Virus record (IMG/VR): IMGVR_UViG_3300043466_000937
Span: 1 to 54,983 of that record
Length of the DNA: 54,983 nt
Direction: 5' to 3' (one strand)
Origin: a virus
Lineage: Duplodnaviria > Caudoviricetes
The position numbers and the translations under genes are program-made. The notes under the pieces are model-generated. The model saw nothing but the letters and a program-made list of their open reading frames with translations, was not told the DNA's origin and did no database searches. Below, piece by piece: positions 32,241 through 42,645 of this stretch (positions within the stretch are counted from its first letter, which is position 1; each line of letters opens with the position of its first letter).

Positions 32241-34980
32241 ATTTCTGTGCGTAGATTGTTCTTGGTGCAGAGTGGAATCCATGATTATCTGCATACTTGT
32301 CTCGCGCAAAAGCACGAATAGCAGTTGGTGAATAATCTATAGCACCTAAAGAAGATGGTATTGTTGACTGATTTGAAGGTGAGTATCCAGCAGTAGACAT
32401 CTTTGCTTGATTTAATGGAGCTTCACCGGGCTTTGTTGTGTTTGTTGTTTCATCCATTGAATCAAGACCTGTTCTCTGATCTGTGCCATCAAGTGACACA
32501 AAATCTCTAGCTTTGCGTCTTTCATCTGGTGGTATGATAACAGCAGTTTCATCTGATGCTACACGAATACCTGTTGGTGATCCATCTTCACGAACAACTT
32601 TAAGATTGTCTTTTGCATTGATGATACCACCTTCGTAAAGACCAGCTTCTGTAGCAGTAGCGACTTGTCCTGTTTCTGTTTCAACGTCAGTAGATATGTT
32701 TCTTGATGCTTTTCGTTTTTCCTGTTCTTCATAAATCTTATTCGCTTCATCAGTTAATCTGTTGAATTCTTCTTCATAATTTTCTTGCGATGTGGCTATT
32801 CTTTGTTGTGCAAAGATTTCTTCTTTCTTCTTTTTGAGTTCTTCATCTGTCATATCAACATAAGCATTTGAAGCATCTTCTGCTGTTTGAGTTTCTTCTT
32901 TAGGTCTACTGTAATCTATTATTGAAACAGGTTCTTTTTTTTCTACAGACTGCAATTTTTCATTTTGTTCTTCTTCAGATACAACATCTTCTTCTCTCTC
33001 TTGTGATAATAGCCATTCATTAAGAGGGTTACGTTTATTTTTCAAATCATCTACTCTTTGGGCCACACCTTCAGCATGAGCTTGTCTGAACCAATCTGGT
33101 CCGGCATATGCTGCTGGCGGACCACCTTTATAATTAGGACCGCCAAAATGCATTGAATGGGCTTTATCTCTCATATATCCTGCGCCAACGCCAGCACTAG
33201 GTAATACTCTAGAAAAGTTTGTTGTAAATGATTTAATGTAAGGAATGTCTTCTCTATCATAGATGCTTAAAACTTTTAATTTATTATTTTTATCACGAGT
33301 CATTAGAACAACATCTGCGGCGCCTGGTATATCTGGATTTTCAATATCGTGACGATTAGATGGTAATTTTCCACCAGTTTTTCTTCTATATTCGGCTAAA
33401 GCTGCCTGCTGTTCTTCAGTTTGTCCTCCTGAAAATGTATCCACAACTTCTATATTGGACATTGCTGCTGCATAGTCTAATGCATTTTTTAGTTCTTGTT
33501 TGATTTTTGATCTTCGAAAACCTTCTTGATTTTCTTGAACTCTGCTACCACTTGTAACTTGTTCAGCAGTAGCTGCATTACCAGTTAGTCCTTTCTCATA
33601 CATAATCTTAGCTAAGTCTGCTTCAGCTTTGTTAAACTCTTCTGGAGTCTGAAGTTTCTCAGCAAAATCTACAATGTCTACGCCAGCACCAATACCTCCT
33701 GGTCCAGTTTCTATGATACCTCCAAGTTTCTTAAGTGTTTCACCATCCATTGACTTCATCACTTGAACAAACTTAGGCATTGAATCCACTGGAACTGTTT
33801 CATCAAGAGTTACTACATCAATACCCATTTTTTTTGCTATTGCAATTCTGGCGGCAGCATTTACTACTTCTGGCTTTTCAAAGTCTCGTACAAATGCTGT
33901 AGTTGTTTCTTCAAAGCTATTTGATGTTTTCATAAGTTCATTCAGACTAGCATAATTCTTATTGTTCTGAAATAGATCAAAAGACTCATCAATTGAATCT
34001 TTCATCGATGCAATGTATTCATCAACATCTTTTACGTTGCTTTTGTTAACGTGATACTTTTTAGGATCAATACCAGCTTCTGCTGCGGCACCTCTAACAT
34101 GCAAGTGAAATACACCACCAGAACCACCATGATCACCATATGGTAATAGTCCTAAATTACTTTCAGCTATTGCATTTGCAACCATGCCTTTGATAGCTGC
34201 ATCTGTATATCCAGCTTCTTTACCTTTTTTGGCAATATAATTGGCCAGTTCTGTTTGAATTTTAGCATTATCTTCTTTATTACCCATGCCGGCGCCATGA
34301 GTCGCATAATAGTTTCCAGTCAATCTGTTGTCATTGAATGTTGCAGGAGAATCTTCAAATTTGAAACCAGAAACTTTGCTTTCCGATTTGAATTCACCTA
34401 GAATTTTTTTCTTAGCCGCTTCAACAGACATCGTGTCTTTAATGTATATGTTTCTTGTGCTTTGAGGACCTATAGTTTGCTGTGATCTCTTTATGCCTAT
34501 AGACTTTAGTTCAGCATCAGAAAGACCTGAGAATGGATCATCAGTTGACGAGAATGATTGTGTTTTCTTGTTTCTTACCACTTCATCAAAAGTTTTTTTT
34601 GCTTTCTCTGGTAATAATTTTCTCAATCTCTCTTCATTAACTTTACCAGTCAAACTAGACTCTAATTCTCTTTTCGATTTCGTTGTTCTAGGACTAACAT
34701 ATTCACTTGAAACGCCGCTGGTAATTGGTGAACTAGGTAAACCCTCACCAAACTTACCAGCAGCTATCTGAGATGTTGCTAATTGAAATCCACTAATGTC
34801 AGGCAATCTGTCTCTGTAGTATCTTGGAAACAAGTTTGCCATCTGGGTTGGTGTCAGCACTTGAGCCAACTGAGAATAAAACGTGTTATCACTTTGAGCC
34901 ATATTGACACGATCACGAATAGTTGTGCTTCTAATCAGTTGACTGTAGCTGATCGTATATTCGTTTGGATTTATTGCCAT
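32239..34980 (-). CDS. 913-aa baseplate-hub/tape-measure-region protein with phage tail lysozyme-like and M15-peptidase-like domains
   Basis: AIKGMVANAIAESNL...FVRDFEKP...R; SGGQ...SNRHD...AADV...MHFG; downstream of gp26 and gp51. Confidence 0.65.
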   Translation of the reverse strand: MAINPNEYTISYSQLIRSTTIRDRVNMAQSDNTFYSQLAQVLTPTQMANLFPRYYRDRLPDISGFQLATSQIAAGKFGEGLPSSPITSGVSSEYVSPRTTKSKRELESSLTGKVNEERLRKLLPEKAKKTFDEVVRNKKTQSFSSTDDPFSGLSDAELKSIGIKRSQQTIGPQSTRNIYIKDTMSVEAAKKKILGEFKSESKVSGFKFEDSPATFNDNRLTGNYYATHGAGMGNKEDNAKIQTELANYIAKKGKEAGYTDAAIKGMVANAIAESNLGLLPYGDHGGSGGVFHLHVRGAAAEAGIDPKKYHVNKSNVKDVDEYIASMKDSIDESFDLFQNNKNYASLNELMKTSNSFEETTTAFVRDFEKPEVVNAAARIAIAKKMGIDVVTLDETVPVDSMPKFVQVMKSMDGETLKKLGGIIETGPGGIGAGVDIVDFAEKLQTPEEFNKAEADLAKIMYEKGLTGNAATAEQVTSGSRVQENQEGFRRSKIKQELKNALDYAAAMSNIEVVDTFSGGQTEEQQAALAEYRRKTGGKLPSNRHDIENPDIPGAADVVLMTRDKNNKLKVLSIYDREDIPYIKSFTTNFSRVLPSAGVGAGYMRDKAHSMHFGGPNYKGGPPAAYAGPDWFRQAHAEGVAQRVDDLKNKRNPLNEWLLSQEREEDVVSEEEQNEKLQSVEKKEPVSIIDYSRPKEETQTAEDASNAYVDMTDEELKKKKEEIFAQQRIATSQENYEEEFNRLTDEANKIYEEQEKRKASRNISTDVETETGQVATATEAGLYEGGIINAKDNLKVVREDGSPTGIRVASDETAVIIPPDERRKARDFVSLDGTDQRTGLDSMDETTNTTKPGEAPLNQAKMSTAGYSPSNQSTIPSSLGAIDYSPTAIRAFARDKYADNHGFHSAPRTIYAQK

Positions 34981-34986
34981 CTATTA

Positions 34987-35187
34987 CTATCTCTTCATTC
35001 GTTTTTGTGATGCGGCTCGGTCGCGTCTTGCTTCTTCTTGCTGCCTGATATGATCTTTCAGTAGATCAAGATAGATACCCTTTTCCCAAGGTATCATATT
35101 GTCAAGTTCTGTTAGACTATACTTGTGCATGTGCATCAAAGCAAAATTTGTTCTGTAGAAATTCTTCAGAGTATCATGACCGAGCAT
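34987..35187 (-). CDS. gp51: baseplate hub assembly chaperone gp51-like
   Basis: NFYRTNFALMHMHKYSLTELDNMIPWE..IY. Confidence 0.85.
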   Translation of the reverse strand: MLGHDTLKNFYRTNFALMHMHKYSLTELDNMIPWEKGIYLDLLKDHIRQQEEARRDRAASQKRMKR

Positions 35188-35909
35188 TATTGAAAAAAAC
35201 TTTCAAAGTCTTGGATCTTGATCTTGTGATTGAATCCGCATTTCTCACATGTTCCAGATGCTACAAAACGGAAAAATGGTAGATCATTGATGAAGTCATC
35301 AAGCTTCTTGAATTGGCTTTCGGTCAAGTTTTCTAGAAAATCACGAAGCTCTTCTTTTGTGAAATCTTTAGATGTCAGTACCTTGTCTTTATCATAGATT
35401 ATTTCAATGCAATTAACCAAAAGGTCAATCTTCTTATCAAAAGGGTTATCAGAACTATTGACGCTCTTCATTGCAGTGTATGATGGATATTTCATCTTGA
35501 GCTTGATGTTATTACCTATGTCTATGTCTAGCTTAGAGACATCTGTTCCGTATACTTCATAGTCTGTGATATTCATTTTTACATCAAAGACATTACGGCA
35601 CTGACCATCATCTATTACGTGATTGCACCTGTACTTTAACTCGACTGTTTCACCAATAGACTTTGATCTAAGAGCAATGAATAGATAATCAATATCAAAG
35701 AATGCCAGCTTCTCAACATTGAGTTCACCAGATACCAAGCAGTTGTTTATGACCTGCTTTGTTGTCTTGATGATCTCATTGCTATCATTACTTTCAGAAG
35801 CCATCATCAGTAACTTCTCTTCTTTGACAACAAATGGTCTAAATGTTGCTTCTTTACCAGTCGATGGTATCTTTATCATGAATGTAGGTAAATCAATTTT
35901 GGGTAACAT
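35187..35909 (-). CDS. gp26: baseplate hub subunit gp26
   Basis: MLPKIDLP...FRPFVVKEEKLL, FDIDYLFIALRSKSIGE, MKYPS. Confidence 0.9.
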   Translation of the reverse strand: MLPKIDLPTFMIKIPSTGKEATFRPFVVKEEKLLMMASESNDSNEIIKTTKQVINNCLVSGELNVEKLAFFDIDYLFIALRSKSIGETVELKYRCNHVIDDGQCRNVFDVKMNITDYEVYGTDVSKLDIDIGNNIKLKMKYPSYTAMKSVNSSDNPFDKKIDLLVNCIEIIYDKDKVLTSKDFTKEELRDFLENLTESQFKKLDDFINDLPFFRFVASGTCEKCGFNHKIKIQDFESFFQ

Positions 35910-35917
35910 TATATCTC

Positions 35918-36505
35918 CTAATAATTATAATCAATACCATTTCTTCCCCAACTGCTGTAAGTAAATGTAACAGCAAGTCTCTGAAAGTTGTCATCCGCCC
36001 ATGTGACTGGTTGCGGGCTGATCTGAATAGGATAAGCTTCTCGAAGAGTTATGGCATATGTTGCTTTTTGTTCTTCATCTAGCTGAAAAATATCAATACT
36101 TGTAGAGTAGTCATCTTTATAGTTGAAATCAAATGTGTCGATAGGATTTATCATTTCTAACCAAGAGTCAAAAAATTGTCTCTCTTGTGAATTGATGCGA
36201 CAAAGAAAAGTAAAGTTCACATCTTCATACACTGTTTGAAATGGAAACTTTACACTTGGACCGTAATAACGGATATCTGAATTCATGAATGTGCGACCAG
36301 GAAACTCGGCAACTTCACACAAATAGACTAAATCTTTTCTTACGAAATCAAGCGTTGTAGCTAATGGTAGAAGAGGCCAGGCGTTAATCTGCACAACAAA
36401 TCTAGCACTTCTCGCAGGACCTTTACCTTCATTCATCTTAGAAAGAATTGTATTCATATCAAGAGCATTTGGTGCTGGTGCTACAGACTTAAAGTTTAAT
36501 GCCAT
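35918..36505 (-). CDS. gp54: baseplate/tail tube initiator (gp54/gp19 fold)
   Basis: CEVAEFPG, FFDSW, AYP.....W......L.VTF.Y. Confidence 0.75.
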   Translation of the reverse strand: MALNFKSVAPAPNALDMNTILSKMNEGKGPARSARFVVQINAWPLLPLATTLDFVRKDLVYLCEVAEFPGRTFMNSDIRYYGPSVKFPFQTVYEDVNFTFLCRINSQERQFFDSWLEMINPIDTFDFNYKDDYSTSIDIFQLDEEQKATYAITLREAYPIQISPQPVTWADDNFQRLAVTFTYSSWGRNGIDYNY

Positions 36506-36511
36506 TTATTT

Positions 36512-37018
36512 TTACCTTTTTACTACAAAGAACTCGACTGGTAACTCTATTGCTCTGTCCCATTCTGTAGCAGGTACTTCAATAAAAGGACTTCTGACAT
36601 GTGTGAATAGATATCTCTTTATGCAAGGACGCATCTGATTTGCAATTCTCTTGGTGCCAGCTAATAGATCATATGAAAGCTTCAACTTTGATCTTTCTGT
36701 CAGATTGCTGCTTGACTTGAACTTCATAAGCTTACCAAGCAACTCGGCGCGCTCTCCTTGACTTAGATAGTGTAAGTTCAAACCTAAGAATCCATCTGAA
36801 TATCTCTCAATAGGAAATACCAAAGGAAATCTGTCATATACTGGAAGAGTGTCTTTGTGCTTTGGATCATACCAGTAAAAATACATCTTACCGATAACTG
36901 TAGAGCTTCGGCTTCGATCAACTGATCCTATGATCTTTCTGCGATATCCTACGGCAGTCTTTACCTTGCCAGAGAACCAGTCGCTAAGTTCTTTTTTGTT
37001 ATATTTGTTATTGGTCAT
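36512..37018 (-). CDS. gp2: DNA end protector protein gp2
   Basis: GKMYFYWYDPKHKDTLPVYDRFPLVF, GLNLHYL, CIKRYL. Confidence 0.92.
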   Translation of the reverse strand: MTNNKYNKKELSDWFSGKVKTAVGYRRKIIGSVDRSRSSTVIGKMYFYWYDPKHKDTLPVYDRFPLVFPIERYSDGFLGLNLHYLSQGERAELLGKLMKFKSSSNLTERSKLKLSYDLLAGTKRIANQMRPCIKRYLFTHVRSPFIEVPATEWDRAIELPVEFFVVKR

Positions 37019-37026
37019 AAGACTAT

Positions 37027-37467
37027 TTATTTAATTCCTAAGTGATCTTCAGTCATAATCATGAATTGCCAACCACGATCAGCACAATATTCTTCTGCTG
37101 CCTGCCATTTGGCTTGGTTTTTACCCCATGTTGTGACTTCTGTGATGTACTGCTTTGTGATGCGCTTCTTCTTTATAGGTTCTCTAGTCTCTTTCTTAGG
37201 TTTGATCTCAACGATCATTTCCTTCAGAGTACCATCTTTATCCTTTGCTTTGACATAGAAATCAGGAAAATATCTGTGATATCGATTATCTAACGGTGAC
37301 TTGTATGGTATCTGAATTTCTTCACTAGACCACTCAAGAACAGCAGAATTCTCGTCTAAATATTTCATGAATTTTCGTTCCCATAACGAACGATATATGA
37401 TGTTCGTCGGGTCACCTCTATACTTTTTTGGATTTTGTGGGGTAAATCTACCTTTGTATGTTTTCAT
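37027..37467 (-). CDS. gp4: head completion nuclease gp4
   Basis: YKGRF.P.NPKKYRGDPTNIIYRSLWE, WSSEE, HRYFPDF, EIKP. Confidence 0.93.
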   Translation of the reverse strand: MKTYKGRFTPQNPKKYRGDPTNIIYRSLWERKFMKYLDENSAVLEWSSEEIQIPYKSPLDNRYHRYFPDFYVKAKDKDGTLKEMIVEIKPKKETREPIKKKRITKQYITEVTTWGKNQAKWQAAEEYCADRGWQFMIMTEDHLGIK

Positions 37468-37474
37468 ATAAATA
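37467..37474 (+). promoter_or_regulatory. T4-type late promoter in the divergent gp4/gp48 gap
   Basis: TATAAATA. Confidence 0.7.
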
Positions 37475-37504
37475 TATATAACTCAATAAGGACTTGCATC
37501 GTAC

Positions 37505-38512
37505 ATGGAAACGACAAACGATAACAGAGAAGAAATATTACCTGGTGTAGACAGTAAATATAACTTCAAATACTACAAATTTCCTAATGATCTCACTCAG
37601 CGTCATAACAACCATTACATGGTAATACAGATCAATGTTCAGACCAATTTAGGTTCTGTACAGGGTAATTTTCCTATCACAGGTGTAACTGGTGATCTTT
37701 CAAAAGTTGATGAGTTGAACTGGAATGGTGGTGGTCAATTTGTAAGTCGAAATACTGAACAAGCAGAAAGAATGGGTAGAATAGGTGGAATAGGATTAAC
37801 TAATGATCCAAGGGTAGGCACGTATGATCCTTTGAAAATGGGTCCGACAAGCAGAGGTACAAGAAGAATATCAGATGCCATCGCTTTGTTCATGCCTACA
37901 CCTATCATATTCAATACCATCAATGATTATGAAGAAATAAAACTAACTCAACTTTTTGGACAAGGTATCGCTGCATTAGCGGGTGCCGCAGCAGCTAGAA
38001 ACGCGGGTGCCGCAGGTGCTTCAATTCAAGATGCACAGCAGGCAGGCGCTAATCGAACACAAGCGGTAGATGGATTAGGTAGAGTTGCAGGTGCAGCATC
38101 AAAGATGCTAGGTTATCCAATCAATCCAAGAGTTGAAGTTCTATTCTCTAACACAAAGCTTAGACAGTATGTATTCGAGTTTCTGCTTGCACCTAGGTCA
38201 CCAGAAGAATCAAAAGTCATTTCAAACATCATCAGAACACTTAGATTTCATGCAGCACCAGAACTAGAGTTGTTTGGTAATTTCTTTATTCCACCAGCAG
38301 AATTTGACATTACATTCTATCATAACGGTAAAGAAAACTTGGCAATGCCGCGTATCAATACTTGCATACTAGATCGTATAGAAGTAGACTATACTCCACA
38401 GCAAGGCATGTACGCAACCTTCAGCAACGGTTATCCAGTAACAACAAGATTAAGTCTTGGTCTTCGTGAAGTTGAAGCTATTCACAAGACTAGAGTATAT
38501 CAAGGATTTTAA
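37505..38512 (+). CDS. gp48: baseplate tail-tube cap gp48
   Basis: IALFMP, INPRVEVLF, F.F...PRS..ES, C....I.VDYTP, L.L.E. Confidence 0.85.
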   Translation: METTNDNREEILPGVDSKYNFKYYKFPNDLTQRHNNHYMVIQINVQTNLGSVQGNFPITGVTGDLSKVDELNWNGGGQFVSRNTEQAERMGRIGGIGLTNDPRVGTYDPLKMGPTSRGTRRISDAIALFMPTPIIFNTINDYEEIKLTQLFGQGIAALAGAAAARNAGAAGASIQDAQQAGANRTQAVDGLGRVAGAASKMLGYPINPRVEVLFSNTKLRQYVFEFLLAPRSPEESKVISNIIRTLRFHAAPELELFGNFFIPPAEFDITFYHNGKENLAMPRINTCILDRIEVDYTPQQGMYATFSNGYPVTTRLSLGLREVEAIHKTRVYQGF

Positions 38513-38515
38513 GAT

Positions 38516-39271
38516 ATGCCAGCATTTTTCAATAAGTTTCCTGTTATCTCTTATGATACACAAAAGAAGATATATTCGTATCAGAACTCACAGTTCGTAA
38601 CAAATATTCTTTTCAGAGTTGCTATTATTCGTGAAGTCATGTCAAATATATCTTCATACTTTGAATATACAATAAACGATGGTGAAAAACCAGAAGTTCT
38701 TGCAGACAAATTCTACAACGATCCAGAAGCACATTGGATCATTCTATATGCTAATGATATATTTGATCCGCAATACGATTGGCCATTAGATTCCAGATCA
38801 TTTCCAAAGTATCTTGCAGACAAGTATCGCGCTCAAGCAGAAGTCAGTCTTGGTGCTGGAATTCCAGATTTCAGAGTGGTAGATTGGACAAGAGACACAA
38901 CTAACGTAAACTCAATACATCACTACGAAAAGATAATTACCAGAGAAAATTCTGTTTCAAAGGTAATTGATGAGAAGCGCATCGAAATTAACAAAAATGA
39001 AGAATGGTTGACTCACGTTCTTGATGTTCCGTTTGATACGTATGACAATCTACCTTCACAGACAGTTGAGTTTTTTAACCTATCGGATAATAACGTAACA
39101 ATAACACAAACAACAACAAAAAATGCTGTTACATATTATGATTACGAAGAAGAAATGAATGAAAAAAAGAGAAACATCAAGATCATAAAGAAGATGTATT
39201 ACGGTCGAATTCTCTCTGAATTCAACAACTTAACAAATGCTCCAGTGTACAGCAGAAGATTGATAGTGTAA
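38516..39271 (+). CDS. gp53: baseplate wedge subunit gp53
   Basis: FF..FP.I.Y, DGEKPEVLADKFY.DP..HWIIL.AN, DWPL, YEE..NEKKR.IK. Confidence 0.9.
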   Translation: MPAFFNKFPVISYDTQKKIYSYQNSQFVTNILFRVAIIREVMSNISSYFEYTINDGEKPEVLADKFYNDPEAHWIILYANDIFDPQYDWPLDSRSFPKYLADKYRAQAEVSLGAGIPDFRVVDWTRDTTNVNSIHHYEKIITRENSVSKVIDEKRIEINKNEEWLTHVLDVPFDTYDNLPSQTVEFFNLSDNNVTITQTTTKNAVTYYDYEEEMNEKKRNIKIIKKMYYGRILSEFNNLTNAPVYSRRLIV

Positions 39272-40530
39272 TGCCAGAACCCGGTTTAGATACTCAAAAA
39301 ACGATATTCAATACTCTAGCGTCTTTTGAGGTGATGATTCCTTCACCACTCAAAGATAGACTTGAAATAACTCCTGTTGAGGTAAACCTTGTCGAAAGTC
39401 TGCTAACTCCAGGTCTTCAAACATCGGTGACATTTCACAGCTATATGAACTCTTTGGCATACTATATTGATAACAATTATGTTGGTGGAGAGGTAAAGAA
39501 CTTTGATAATTTTAAAGGTAAAGACCTTGAAATCATAATAGAGCGCCCTATTCTTGCTGAATATAAAACTCAATATAGATTACCAATAAGGCAAGTTGCA
39601 TATAGGTTGAGTAATAGAAAGTTGCTCAATATGAACACTGAAATGTTTACCATACATGGCTGTGATCCATCACTACTCAATGATGCAAATGCTATGGTAA
39701 ACCAGGCTTGGAAGTGTGTGACACCATCATCAATTGCTGCACAAGTATTATCTGCTTGTGCTGGTGTAAGTGAGATGGATATTGAATCATCTGGACCTGC
39801 CAGAGACTATGTTGCAAAGAACGTTCGACCATTCAAAGTAGTAGCAGACCAGTCTGAAGTCGCTCTTGCTAATGGTGATGATCCATCATTTGTTCATTAC
39901 ATGACCTATCAGAATTATGGAACGCACCATTTTAGATCGCTTCAATCTCTTACCAGTCAAAATCCAGTCGCAAAATTTGCATTCTCTGAAGTTGGCTCAT
40001 CTAATGGTTATGGTAATCCATTTACAATAATTGATTATTCTTTTCCGTGTGATTTTGATTTATTGGCTGACATTCTTAATGGTGTAGGACTGAAAGGTAA
40101 TCCAATAACAAGTCTCATTTCATTCAATCCAGCATTATTCTCTATGGGATTATTTGGCACACAGCAAATTGGTTGTGGTATTGGTGCTGGTGACACAATG
40201 GTATCATTTACCAATCTTGGTTCAGCAACAGAACAAGCTTCATGCAATTTAGAAGTTGAAAAGTATTTACCTAGAAGACAAGCAAGAATGTCATTACTTG
40301 AGCAAGATAAAGTTGCACTGAGAGTTACCGTACCATGGAACCCATCATTGAATGCTGGTAAAGTTATAACAGTAGAGTTATATGATAAATCTTCACCTGG
40401 TGCCGCGACATATACATATGGTTCAGGAAATTATTTAATAGCAAGCGTTGTACACAATATCAAACAGGGTGGTTTTGCAACAACTACAATGGATTGTGTC
40501 TCAACGACAGTAGGTATTGGAGTAGTATAA
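39271..40530 (+). CDS. baseplate hub protein (gp27/gpD-like)
   Basis: C-terminal VPWNPSLNAGKVI...SGNYLIASVVHNI; position before gp5. Confidence 0.65.
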   Translation: MPEPGLDTQKTIFNTLASFEVMIPSPLKDRLEITPVEVNLVESLLTPGLQTSVTFHSYMNSLAYYIDNNYVGGEVKNFDNFKGKDLEIIIERPILAEYKTQYRLPIRQVAYRLSNRKLLNMNTEMFTIHGCDPSLLNDANAMVNQAWKCVTPSSIAAQVLSACAGVSEMDIESSGPARDYVAKNVRPFKVVADQSEVALANGDDPSFVHYMTYQNYGTHHFRSLQSLTSQNPVAKFAFSEVGSSNGYGNPFTIIDYSFPCDFDLLADILNGVGLKGNPITSLISFNPALFSMGLFGTQQIGCGIGAGDTMVSFTNLGSATEQASCNLEVEKYLPRRQARMSLLEQDKVALRVTVPWNPSLNAGKVITVELYDKSSPGAATYTYGSGNYLIASVVHNIKQGGFATTTMDCVSTTVGIGVV

Positions 40531-40531
40531 T

Positions 40532-41836
40532 ATGGCTTTGAAGTATGCAATCGTAGTAGATAGGCATCCAGAATATGGTGTGAAAGCATTACCTATCGAC
40601 TTGAATCCGCAGACATGTCCACCAGAAAAATTGGCATGGAGTCCTGTATTTTCTGGTCCTAATGAGCGTGGTAGAAACTACATGCCTGAGATAGGTCAAC
40701 CAGTTGTTATTGATGATAGTCATACCATGGCAGGTCCTAGTGGTTCAAACTTTTTTCCAGTAATTGCAACATATAACCCAGCAATGAATCAGCAGGCCGG
40801 TCTTCAAGGCAATTTAAATTTAATGCAACTATTTGAACCCTTCTTAAATAGCGTAAAAAATAATGTAAGATTACCTCCAAAAGCCAAAGAAACAGGTAAA
40901 CCAACTACTCGTCAAAGAGAAGAAACTGGTGATTTCAAATACAGTTCAACAAAAGGTATGCCTGCACACGTATCCATCGCACAGACATTTGGTATGATAC
41001 TACCACAAGTAAAGAACATCTCTACTGCGATTGATCAATTTACCGGCGTTCTTACACCTGGATTACTTGGTGCGTTTCCTGGTCTACCTCTTGGTAACAT
41101 GCTATCATCACTAAGCAGCAATGCGTTATTTCAAACTGCTCTTGGTAAGTTACCAACAGAAGTTCAACAGGCATTTCAATCTGTTCAAGCATTTTCAAGA
41201 AGCGTTCAAGGTGGTTCTAGCTATGGATTTTCACTTGGTAGTTTGGTGGATGAAGCTACTTTTGTAAATAATGCGGTAAATTTATTAAGTAATATAAAAG
41301 ACCCTGTTGAATTGTTTGCTGCTCTACAAGAGTTACAGTCAGATCCATCACTACATGGATGTGAGAAGCTTCAAGATACAGTAATTTACTTAAATAATTT
41401 CAATACAATAGATGCAAACACAACAAATACTAATTCAATAGAGATTGAGACTGAAGATGCAAACGCATCAAATGTCATAGTTGTTACTATAGACGATAGT
41501 GTTACAATCTCAGCTAATGTGACAAATTCTAAAATTACCATCACATCATGCGGTAAAGTACAGCAACAAGATGATAATGATGTTCTTGATGCTGTGAAGA
41601 ATGTCATGTCTCTACTGAACACTTTTGCAAGCATATCATCACCAAGTTCTGGATTAGGTATTGGTGGTATGAACAATGTCGCAAAGAAGTGGGCAGATGC
41701 TCAGTCTAGATTGCCACCACAAATTCAACAGTTGAGACAGAAGCTATTGAAAGATATTTCTGTTTCTGGTGGCAATCTATCGAATTTGGCTATTGCCGCT
41801 CAAGTTGCGAAGCGTGTTTATAAATTAATTCCATAA
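40532..41836 (+). CDS. putative gp5 N-terminal (OB-fold-like) baseplate protein
   Basis: short N-terminal region ending MPEIGQPVVI; position between hub and spike genes. Confidence 0.45.
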   Translation: MALKYAIVVDRHPEYGVKALPIDLNPQTCPPEKLAWSPVFSGPNERGRNYMPEIGQPVVIDDSHTMAGPSGSNFFPVIATYNPAMNQQAGLQGNLNLMQLFEPFLNSVKNNVRLPPKAKETGKPTTRQREETGDFKYSSTKGMPAHVSIAQTFGMILPQVKNISTAIDQFTGVLTPGLLGAFPGLPLGNMLSSLSSNALFQTALGKLPTEVQQAFQSVQAFSRSVQGGSSYGFSLGSLVDEATFVNNAVNLLSNIKDPVELFAALQELQSDPSLHGCEKLQDTVIYLNNFNTIDANTTNTNSIEIETEDANASNVIVVTIDDSVTISANVTNSKITITSCGKVQQQDDNDVLDAVKNVMSLLNTFASISSPSSGLGIGGMNNVAKKWADAQSRLPPQIQQLRQKLLKDISVSGGNLSNLAIAAQVAKRVYKLIP

Positions 41837-41848
41837 AGGATTCATATA

Positions 41849-42637
41849 ATGGTAAAAGATAGTGGACAGACAGAACCAAGAGATAAGTCAGCATCGAAAT
41901 TCGATCAGTTCAAGACGCCTCATGATATACCTGAAGCGTTTCAGAAGATGGAGAACGTGACAGCACTTCATCATGGTAGATCAGGCAATCTTATTGCTGC
42001 TGGTGATAATAAAGACGGTGAATTCTTGATGTTTCAGCACGTATCAGGATCAGCAATCTATATGATGCCTGATGGTGCTGTTCAGTTTGTCTCACACAAT
42101 GGACAGAACAGCTTGATCTTTGGTGAGAACCGAATGATGGTAACAGGCGCATATGATATCGTTGTTCATGGCGGCGGCAGTCTCAAGGTTGATGGTGATT
42201 ACAATACGACTATTCTAGGTGATTGCATTCAGACCATACAGGGTGATATGATCACATCATGTAAGAATAGATTTGAAACTGTAAATGGTATGAACAGTCA
42301 GATAGCTCAAAATCATGCTATGATGGCATCTGAAAGCTTTACGATGGCAGCTAAGGGTCATGCAAGTATTACCGGTAAAGCTGGTATTGGTATGTCTTCA
42401 GCAGAAGGCGGTATCAAGATTGAAGCAAAGGGTGAACTCAGTGTGGAATCTGTAGGTGGTGCATTGAACTTTGTATCAAAAGGTATGTTTAATATGTTTT
42501 CTGGTTCTGATATCAATATGGATGGATCACCAAATATCTACTTTAATTCTAATAAAGCAACCGCACAAGATGCACAAAAAGGAACTTTTGCTTCTGCTCA
42601 GAAGGCTACACCAGAACCTAACTACAGTAGAGCATAA
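41849..42637 (+). CDS. gp5 C-terminal beta-helix spike-like protein
   Basis: SG.....D....E.....H.SGS......DG, followed by VxG repeats (VTGA, VHGG, VDGD, ILGD, IQGD). Confidence 0.75.
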   Translation: MVKDSGQTEPRDKSASKFDQFKTPHDIPEAFQKMENVTALHHGRSGNLIAAGDNKDGEFLMFQHVSGSAIYMMPDGAVQFVSHNGQNSLIFGENRMMVTGAYDIVVHGGGSLKVDGDYNTTILGDCIQTIQGDMITSCKNRFETVNGMNSQIAQNHAMMASESFTMAAKGHASITGKAGIGMSSAEGGIKIEAKGELSVESVGGALNFVSKGMFNMFSGSDINMDGSPNIYFNSNKATAQDAQKGTFASAQKATPEPNYSRA

Positions 42638-42640
42638 ATA
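42633..42640 (+). promoter_or_regulatory. T4-type late promoter variant
   Basis: CATAAATA before gp25. Confidence 0.5.
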
Positions 42641-42645
42641 ATAAC

